From Bacteroidales bacterium (lineage in GTDB: Bacteria > Bacteroidota > Bacteroidia > Bacteroidales > UBA7960): 43,478 bases of DNA. The stretch's first letter is position 1, and each line of letters begins with the position of its first letter. Positions 37,009 through 43,478 of this stretch are shown piece by piece. The position numbers and the translations under genes were made by a program. Below the pieces are notes generated by a model. It was not told the DNA's origin. It was given only the letters and a program-made list of their open reading frames with translations, and searched no databases. The stretch spans positions 1 to 43,478 of the forward strand of contig SKVR01000052.1 in NCBI GenBank assembly GCA_007129355.1. Reading direction: 5' to 3'.

Positions 37009-38877
37009 TTAATATTGCTTATCCATTAACCATTTCTGTAAAACCAGCAACTGCCATACCCGGTTATACAGGTAGTGCTGATCATTCTTATAGAAATTCC
37101 TGAGAAGTTTTTCGGTTTCTAAAGGCTCCAGAATTGCGGTTTTTTTTATGGCATCGGGGTTTAGATAGTCCAGAGCATATTCTTTCAGCTCTTTTTGCAA
37201 CCATTTTTGCAGCGGAATAGCAAACCCTCGCTTAGGACGATCAAAGTATTTTTGAGGAACATACTGGTAGAGCAGTTTTTTCAATATCCATTTGGTTTCT
37301 CCATTATTTAACTTAAGAGAAGGGTGTAGGTTTAAAGCCCACTCCACAATTCTGTAATCAAGCAACGGTACCCTTGTTTCAAGAGCAAAATGCATGCTGG
37401 CGCGATCAACTTTAACAAGCAGATCATCCGGCAGGTAGTATTTAAGATCAAATAATGCTTGTTGTTCATCTGCATTCAGATATGATAACTCACCACTGAA
37501 GTTCTCATCAAGTTCAAAATCTCTTAAAAAAGGGTTTTTCAGGATCTTTCCTATCTCCTTCCGGTTGAAAAGGTATTGCTCCTGCGAGAAGATATGGCTT
37601 TTGATTTGATGTTGGGGTATCTTATTAAAAAGTGAAGATGCCCGTCGGTATTTTTCAGGACCGTGTTTCAGCAACAGCGAAATAGGTTTGCCAAAAAGCG
37701 AAATAAGCGGATTATTTAACCTTTCGGCCCATTTATAGGCTCCGTATCCCATAAATAATTCATCGCCACCGTCTCCCGAAAGGGTCATGGTAACATGCTG
37801 TTTTGCCATGGACGATACCAGTAGGGTAGGTATTGCAGAAGAATCGGCATAGGGTTCGTCATAAATATCATTCAGGCGTGGCATCCATTGCAGGGCATCC
37901 TCTTCGGTAACGATGAGCTCATGATGATTTGTGCCCAGGTATTCTGCTATTTCCCGGGCATAGCCTGACTCGTCGTAACCCTTATCCCAGAAGCCAATGG
38001 AAAATGTATTAATGGCATCTGAATGCATGCTTTGTGCGACAGCGGTAACCAGGCTTGAGTCAATTCCGCCGCTCAGAAAAGTTCCGTAAGGAACATCTGA
38101 GATCAGACGATATTTAACCGATGATTCAATAAGTTTTTTCAGCTCATTCCGGGCAATATCAGGGTCGGTTATTCTATTGTCAGGACTAATTTTTTCTTCC
38201 GGTTGCCAGTAAGGGAAAAGCTTAAACTCACCATTTTTAATAATTGCATAATGTCCAGCAGGGAATTTTTGTATTTCGCTGTAAATACTATTAGGTGCAG
38301 GAATATAGCCCAGATTCAGAAACTGGTTTACTGCTGTGTAGTTAATGGTAAGGTTCTTTTTTATTTCCGGGTGTGCCACCAGGGCTTTAAGTTCGGATGC
38401 AAATGCTGTTTCTCCATTTCTATGATAATAATAAACGGGCTTTATGCCAATTCGATCACGGAAAATGTAAAGCGTTTTAAGTTGCTTATCCCAAATAGCA
38501 ATGGCAAACATTCCGTTAAGCTTTTTCGGCAGATCTGTATTCCAGGTAGCAAATGCCTCCAGGATGATTTCGCTGTCGGAATGAGTTTTGGCCTGAAAAC
38601 CCGGACGATGTTCTTTTAATTCTTCCAGTAATTCCCTGAAATTGTAAACTTCACCATTATAAATCATAACATACCTGCCACAATGAGAATGCATGGGTTG
38701 GTTGGCTTTTTCACTCAAATCAATGATGCTGAGCCGCAGATGTGTGAGCAGAATAAGGTCATCAGAGTAAGTGCCCCTGGCGTCAGGACCACGATGGGCT
38801 ATGCTTTTAGCAGAATGGACTGCTCCATTCAGCCATTTCTGTTTATCTTTAAATATAAAGCCCGCTATTCCGCACAT
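37009..38877 (-). CDS. asnB: asparagine synthase (glutamine-hydrolysing) family amidotransferase
   Basis: 622 aa from MCGIAGF. The Ntn-type class II amidotransferase needs Cys2, so the 12-codon upstream extension in the ORF track is unlikely. The PP-loop is FLSGGIDSS. Confidence 0.85.
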   Translation of the reverse strand: MCGIAGFIFKDKQKWLNGAVHSAKSIAHRGPDARGTYSDDLILLTHLRLSIIDLSEKANQPMHSHCGRYVMIYNGEVYNFRELLEELKEHRPGFQAKTHSDSEIILEAFATWNTDLPKKLNGMFAIAIWDKQLKTLYIFRDRIGIKPVYYYHRNGETAFASELKALVAHPEIKKNLTINYTAVNQFLNLGYIPAPNSIYSEIQKFPAGHYAIIKNGEFKLFPYWQPEEKISPDNRITDPDIARNELKKLIESSVKYRLISDVPYGTFLSGGIDSSLVTAVAQSMHSDAINTFSIGFWDKGYDESGYAREIAEYLGTNHHELIVTEEDALQWMPRLNDIYDEPYADSSAIPTLLVSSMAKQHVTMTLSGDGGDELFMGYGAYKWAERLNNPLISLFGKPISLLLKHGPEKYRRASSLFNKIPQHQIKSHIFSQEQYLFNRKEIGKILKNPFLRDFELDENFSGELSYLNADEQQALFDLKYYLPDDLLVKVDRASMHFALETRVPLLDYRIVEWALNLHPSLKLNNGETKWILKKLLYQYVPQKYFDRPKRGFAIPLQKWLQKELKEYALDYLNPDAIKKTAILEPLETEKLLRNFYKNDQHYLYNRVWQLLVLQKWLMDKQY

Positions 38878-38999
38878 ATTATGATGTTTTGGATGTAAAA
38901 GTAAGAAAAGCAAGGCTTTTGTACATAAAAAATTTTTTTTAATGAACTGTTTTTTTAATTTAGCCGCACGTTAAAATCACAAATTTTTTTGTTCCTCTC

Positions 39000-39770
39000 A
39001 TGAAGAAACCCATTAGTATTGAAACTAATATAATGCTTGAGCAGGCCTGGAAAAAATTCGGGAAAAAGCAGTTTGATGCTGCAGAAGATATTTTTTCAGC
39101 TGTTCTTGATAATGATAATTCAAATATAGATGCAATGCACGGCCTGGCAGGGTGTCTTTTGCGGAAAAAAGACGCACGTGCTGCACTGAAAATATATAAT
39201 CAACTTGAAAAACTCGAAGGTGAAAATGCCAAAACATTTCACCTGCGTGCTCTTGCCTTTGGTGCCGGTAATAAGCACGGAAAGGCTGTTGAAGACCTTG
39301 AAAAGGCCATTGAACTTGCCGATGACAGCTTTGAAGCCTACCTGGATCTCGGTGGCACTTTCATTGTTATTAAAGACTATATGCGTGCTGCCCAGTGTTT
39401 TGAAAAATGCATCAATATTGACGGGAAATGCTCCGAAGCCTGGATAGGGAAGGCCCTGTTGGCTCATATTAATAAAGAACAAAAAGCGGCAATTGAATTT
39501 ATTACCATTGCTCTGAAACTTAATCCTAAATCATTGCTGGCATTGCTGATTAAAACCGAAATTTTGCTGGAAGCCGGTAAGAAAAGCGATGTGGAAAAGG
39601 AAGTAAAAAAGATTCTTTCCATAAACCCGGATATTTTTAAATCGCAACACATAGATGAAGATGATGATCTTGGTGATGGGGATTTTCTGGATGATGACGA
39701 TTACGACAAAGATGAAGATGCCAATCGTAGTGAAGATGATGAAATTGAAGAGTTTGATCTGGATGATTGA
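39000..39770 (+). CDS. TPR-repeat protein with polyacidic C-terminal tail
   Basis: 256 aa with several 34-aa TPR-like units (repeated AxxxxxxAL / A..D...A patterns). The last ~45 residues are almost entirely Asp/Glu (DEDDDLGDGDFLDDDDYDKDEDANRSEDDEIEEFDLDD). Confidence 0.75.
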   Translation: MKKPISIETNIMLEQAWKKFGKKQFDAAEDIFSAVLDNDNSNIDAMHGLAGCLLRKKDARAALKIYNQLEKLEGENAKTFHLRALAFGAGNKHGKAVEDLEKAIELADDSFEAYLDLGGTFIVIKDYMRAAQCFEKCINIDGKCSEAWIGKALLAHINKEQKAAIEFITIALKLNPKSLLALLIKTEILLEAGKKSDVEKEVKKILSINPDIFKSQHIDEDDDLGDGDFLDDDDYDKDEDANRSEDDEIEEFDLDD

Positions 39771-39847
39771 TTCCCGGGTTTACCCTTTACGGAAAAACAT
39801 AATAAGAGGCTGTCTGAAAAGACTAAAATTACCCGGACGCTGAGCAG

Positions 39848-39920
39848 TTCGATAAACTCACCGTAGCACCTGTCGAAGCTTATGATAGCCTGATATACAG
39901 GGAGCGTTTCGACAAGCTCA
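39848..39920. repeat. short intergenic repeat element: two direct 13-nt cores plus an inverted partial copy
   Basis: TTCGATAAACTCA (39848-39860) and TTCGACAAGCTCA (39908-39920) sit exactly 60 nt apart. A partial inverted copy GTCGAAGCTT lies at 39872-39881. Confidence 0.55.
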
Positions 39921-39978
39921 ACGAACAGAAGGGAATTCTGATGCAGCCACTTTTTCAATGAAAGAAAGCAGAAAGGCT

Positions 39979-42846
39979 TTAAATTTTTATTCCCAGGCTT
40001 ACCTTTACGGAAGTGCCGGGTCTGTAACGTTGCAGAATTTGATCATTTTGCTTGTCAAATATTCCATCCTGATTGGCATCCTGAATAAATACGATATTTT
40101 CGTTAAGTATATCTTCTATTTTTAACCTGATATTCATGTTTTTGGTAATTCTTTTCGAGACAGTAAGGTCAATATAGTTTCGGGGCATCTCATAAATATC
40201 AGGGTAAGAGAGCACTTCAGGCCTGTTTAATTCAGTAAATCCACCGATAAAAAGCCTTTTTCCAATGATATTATAAAGGATATTGACTTCGAGGTTGGCA
40301 TTGATATTATTATAGAACAATCCGGCATTAACAATGTAGGGAGATTGCCCCTGTAATGGACGAGGGTCGGTATCTCTCCCCTCACTCCGGCTGCCTGAAC
40401 CGATTTCAACTTCACTTACTAATATTGTACCGTTAAAGTAAACGGAAAGGTCATTTAAAAATTTCGATGCTGTTAAACCTAACAGATTTTTCTTAATCTC
40501 GACTTCCGAACCATACATATATACCTTATCTGCGTTACCAAAAGAAAAGTTCTTTGAACCTCCGGAGCCGGCTCCTATAAGAACAATTTGCTCAATTGCA
40601 TTCTCAAAGTTCTTGTAAAATCCGGATAGAGAAATAATTTCAGAAAGTGACGGGTAATATTCAATCCTGAAATCATAATTGGTTATTTCGGCAGTTTTCA
40701 GGAATGGATTACCACTTATTACCAGGTTATTATCGAAATCAAAAAAGGCAAAGGGGGCCTGCTCCCTGAATTCGGGTCTGTTTAATGTTTTACCATAACC
40801 ACCCCTGAGAAGCAGTTTGTCGGTTAGATTGAAAGTAGCATTTACCGAGGGAAGAATGTGTGTTTCCTTGTTGTCAAGATTTACCGGTCCGCTGGATATG
40901 CGGCTGTTCAGAATCCGGCGGTTGTTTTCTACCCTTAAACCTCCTGTTACAGAAAGTATTTCACCAAAGGGTAAAGAAATCATGGCGTAATAAGCTAACA
41001 AGTCATTTGTTGCATCGTATGAATCCCAGGGGTTGGATTGTTCATCAATTTTAATACCTCCAAAATTGTTGATATTATCAGGATGAAACAATGAATCGAT
41101 ACTTATCGATCTGAGTCCCTGATTAAAAAAAGGTGCTTGAGTATAGCCAATATTACGGGCACGAAAATCTCTTTCCATTTGGGTTTGAACAATGCCTGCC
41201 TTTATTTCGGGAACAAATCCATTAAATAAGGAACTGAGATGGATTTTGTGGTTGATATTAGCTGCAAATGTGTTGCCCGATTCTTCCATATGCGAAAAAA
41301 ACCTACCCATAAAGTAAGGTTGCGCACCACCTATGGGTACATATATCTGAAATTCATCCAGCCCATCTATGTAATTTATTCCCCTTTCGCTTCTATACTG
41401 CCTGTAATCAGGTAAGTCCCTGAAAGAGCTCGTGAGTCCGTATGTCCAGTCAAAAGTGGTGTTTTTGCTGAAAAAGTGATGCTTTCCGTTCACCTGACCG
41501 GAATATAACCCCCTGAAAACCTGCTGAAATGCATGATTGTTCATGTTAAATCCAAAATCAATATGATTTCCAAGCCTGTTTACATAGTTATATGTGCTGA
41601 TATTGTTGTACAGATTAACAATTTCGAGGGAGTGATTATCGCCAATTTCAATGCCCCAGTTGTGCAATACTCCGAGTTTTATACTATTACTATATCGGGA
41701 GTCTTCAAATTCATAGAGAGGAAGGCTTTTGTTCTCAACCATATTATATGCATTATAGTCTGAACGGAATACGTTATTTGAAGATTTGGAGTTATTGAAT
41801 GTTAGTGTAGTTATATTTCCAACTCTTATCTTCCCTCTGTTAAAAATCAGGTTGCCGGTAAGTGAACCGCTCTGGCCTAAAAATACGTTGGTTTCTCTGG
41901 GTATCCATTTGTTATTCATAGATTGGCCGGCGGTCTGCAATGCCTGCTGATCATTGGTAATAGTCCTGAGATCATTGGGGAATCCCTCGGGCAGGTCGAA
42001 ATAGCCTGCGCCAAAACCAGTCCATGCAATGTCAGATTTTTCCGATCCATAGAAAGGGTTAAAACTGGTGCCATCGTCATACTGGTTTGTGTAAGACATC
42101 TCAAAACCGCTTTTATCAGGAATTGACTTGGTGAAAACCTTGATTATCCCACCGGCAAAGTCACCCGGCAAATCAGGTGAGGGGCTTTTATAAATTAGAA
42201 GATGGTCTATTTGCGATGCAGGTATCATATCAAAAGAGAATGATCTCACATCTGCTTCCATACTTGGAGCTAAAGTATTATGCAGTAATGTAGGATTATA
42301 CCTTTCACTCAATCCCCTTATGACAATAAAACGATCTTGCACAATAGTAATTCCGGGTATCCTTCTTACAACCTGCGCGGCATCACTATCCTGCGACCGG
42401 GTAATTTGCTGTGCAGAAATACCACTTGTTACCACCTGACTATTTCTTATGGATTGGATTAAGGATGTTTCTGTATACGTAGTTCTTCTGGCCGTAACAG
42501 TAACACCTTCAAGGGTTTGACTAACCTGATTCATTTCAATGTTCAGGGTAATGATTTTACCTCTTTCCACTTTTATTTTTTCTATTACCACCGGCTCATA
42601 AGATATGAATGAAACCCGCAGATCCACCATTCCTAAAGGAACATTACTGATGCGGAATTCACCATTAAGGTTTGCTGTGGTTCCGGTTGTGGTACCTTCT
42701 ATCATAACTGTGGCACCTACCATCGTTTCATTGGTTTGTACGTCAACTATAATGCCCTCAATTGTACCTCCCTGGCTGTAGGTATTTAGAAAAGCAAGGA
42801 GAAATGTGAAGCACAAAAAGGTAGTTTTTCTTATGGGAAGATTCAT
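39979..42846 (-). CDS. TonB-dependent receptor with N-terminal carboxypeptidase-regulatory-like domain
   Basis: 955 aa from the ATG at 42846 (signal MNLPIRKTTFLCFTFLLAFLNTYSQ). It has a CarboxypepD_reg-like domain (GIIVDVQTNETMVGATVMIEGTTTGTTANLNGEFRI), a plug (RIPGITIVQDRFIVIRGLSERY) and a long beta-barrel. Confidence 0.85.
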   Translation of the reverse strand: MNLPIRKTTFLCFTFLLAFLNTYSQGGTIEGIIVDVQTNETMVGATVMIEGTTTGTTANLNGEFRISNVPLGMVDLRVSFISYEPVVIEKIKVERGKIITLNIEMNQVSQTLEGVTVTARRTTYTETSLIQSIRNSQVVTSGISAQQITRSQDSDAAQVVRRIPGITIVQDRFIVIRGLSERYNPTLLHNTLAPSMEADVRSFSFDMIPASQIDHLLIYKSPSPDLPGDFAGGIIKVFTKSIPDKSGFEMSYTNQYDDGTSFNPFYGSEKSDIAWTGFGAGYFDLPEGFPNDLRTITNDQQALQTAGQSMNNKWIPRETNVFLGQSGSLTGNLIFNRGKIRVGNITTLTFNNSKSSNNVFRSDYNAYNMVENKSLPLYEFEDSRYSNSIKLGVLHNWGIEIGDNHSLEIVNLYNNISTYNYVNRLGNHIDFGFNMNNHAFQQVFRGLYSGQVNGKHHFFSKNTTFDWTYGLTSSFRDLPDYRQYRSERGINYIDGLDEFQIYVPIGGAQPYFMGRFFSHMEESGNTFAANINHKIHLSSLFNGFVPEIKAGIVQTQMERDFRARNIGYTQAPFFNQGLRSISIDSLFHPDNINNFGGIKIDEQSNPWDSYDATNDLLAYYAMISLPFGEILSVTGGLRVENNRRILNSRISSGPVNLDNKETHILPSVNATFNLTDKLLLRGGYGKTLNRPEFREQAPFAFFDFDNNLVISGNPFLKTAEITNYDFRIEYYPSLSEIISLSGFYKNFENAIEQIVLIGAGSGGSKNFSFGNADKVYMYGSEVEIKKNLLGLTASKFLNDLSVYFNGTILVSEVEIGSGSRSEGRDTDPRPLQGQSPYIVNAGLFYNNINANLEVNILYNIIGKRLFIGGFTELNRPEVLSYPDIYEMPRNYIDLTVSKRITKNMNIRLKIEDILNENIVFIQDANQDGIFDKQNDQILQRYRPGTSVKVSLGIKI

Positions 42847-42946
42847 TTTTTTTGGAGGTATTAATGATTTGCTCAATTTGTTTTGAACTTGAAAACTTAA
42901 GTGAAATAATCAGATTAATTGGTTTTTCCTCTTTAAAATATCAGTG

Positions 42947-42954
42947 CAAAATTA
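42947..42954 (-). promoter_or_regulatory. candidate -7 box (TAATTTTG) for the TonB-dependent receptor gene
   Basis: The minus strand reads TAATTTTG (TAnnTTTG) about 100 nt upstream of the ATG at 42846. Confidence 0.3.
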
Positions 42955-43101
42955 GACCTGGAAAGCTGTATGGATGTTAAGCAAATGTTATGTTTTTGTT
43001 AGCCAATTGTTAAATATTAAAATACTGACATGCAAGATATTAGATGTGTTTATTTAATAATTTAATCAGATTATTTTAACCTGAAATTAATATTCGCAAA
43101 C

Positions 43102-43109
43102 TACTTTTG
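43102..43109 (+). promoter_or_regulatory. candidate -7 box (TACTTTTG) for the terminal lipoprotein gene
   Basis: Matches TAnnTTTG 80 nt upstream of the ATG at 43189. Confidence 0.3.
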
Positions 43110-43188
43110 AGCCGAATAATATTATCTAAAACCAACCATCAATTTTTGCAAATCAAAAAACAATTAAATTTTAAAAGAAAACTAAAAG

Positions 43189-43478
43189 ATGAATCTTAAC
43201 TGGAAAAACCTACAAAAGAGAACAGCTTCATTAATTATGAGTTTTGCTGTTTTAAGTTTCGGATTTTTGTTGCAATCATGCGACAAAGATGAAGATAAAA
43301 TACTTGGTAACAGACCTGCCATTACGCTTAGTTCAGAGCAGGCATTCAATTCATTGGGTAATGCTGCAATTACCACTTTGACTGTATCAGCACCTGAAGG
43401 TCTTACCAGGATCAATGTGCTGAAAAATGGTGTAAACATTGAAACAGAGATGATTAACGGAAATCCTGAGACCCTTGA
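43189..43478 (+). CDS. lipoprotein, N-terminal 96 codons (3' end outside window), probably surface exposed
   Basis: This ORF is not in the track because it has no stop inside the window. Read by hand, the ATG at 43189 stays open to the window end: MNLNWKNLQKRTASLIMSFAVLSFGFLLQSC/DKDEDKILGN. It has a signal peptide and lipobox Cys followed by an acidic K-D-E stretch. Confidence 0.6.
   Translation, partial: MNLNWKNLQKRTASLIMSFAVLSFGFLLQSCDKDEDKILGNRPAITLSSEQAFNSLGNAAITTLTVSAPEGLTRINVLKNGVNIETEMINGNPETL

Noticed and set aside
39701-39958. 85-aa minus-strand ORF spanning the 3' end of the TPR gene and the repeat element
   Set aside because: It overlaps the acidic tail coding region antisense, giving a Ser-rich low-complexity product. 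It also runs through an intergenic repeat, so it is likely spurious.
43182-43439. 85-aa minus-strand ORF at the window end
   Set aside because: It is antisense to a plus-strand reading frame with a clear signal peptide and lipobox that stays open to the end of the window. The minus-strand product has no features.
1-43478. Search for mobile elements, defence islands, prophage, toxin-antitoxin pairs, and tRNA or rRNA genes
   Set aside because: I saw no integrase, transposase, recombinase, restriction, Cas, reverse-transcriptase or phage structural motifs in any frame. I also saw no cloverleaf-like or rRNA-like segments in the intergenic regions and no flanking long direct or inverted repeats. 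Absence judged by eye is not proof.

Overview
This 43.5-kb chromosomal segment reads as Bacteroidota. The evidence is T9SS type A and type B C-terminal sorting domains, a PorP/SprF gene, a CarboxypepD_reg-type TonB-dependent receptor, lipoproteins with an acidic stretch after the lipobox Cys, and TAnnTTTG -7 boxes. Coding is dense, with about 31 protein genes. I recognised no rRNA, tRNA, CRISPR array, transposase, integrase or phage gene.

Most of the window is core metabolism: korB (3' end), pabB, pruA, lnt, tyrS, mgsA flanked by two GH13 alpha-amylase-family genes, ldhA, and a sucA-sucB-gamma-carbonic-anhydrase unit. Regulators are a TetR gene and a REC-PAS-histidine kinase with a NarL/LuxR response regulator.

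The parts worth a second look are:
- A 1926-aa T9SS type B cargo protein (N-terminal domain, 15 PKD-like repeats, type B CTD) followed by its presumptive PorP/SprF partner, and preceded by a decayed type A CTD gene relic.
- A minus-strand cluster of an AsnB-family amidotransferase, two divergent UgtP/MGDG-synthase-like glycosyltransferases and an LpxH-like metallophosphoesterase. This may be an uncharacterised membrane glycolipid module.
- An 8-bp x 8 tandem repeat inside the sucA-sucB spacer.
- A stand-alone CheR-type methyltransferase next to a small beta-barrel gene.

No classical defence, toxin-antitoxin or mobile system is visible. All family assignments come from motifs read in the translations, not from database searches.
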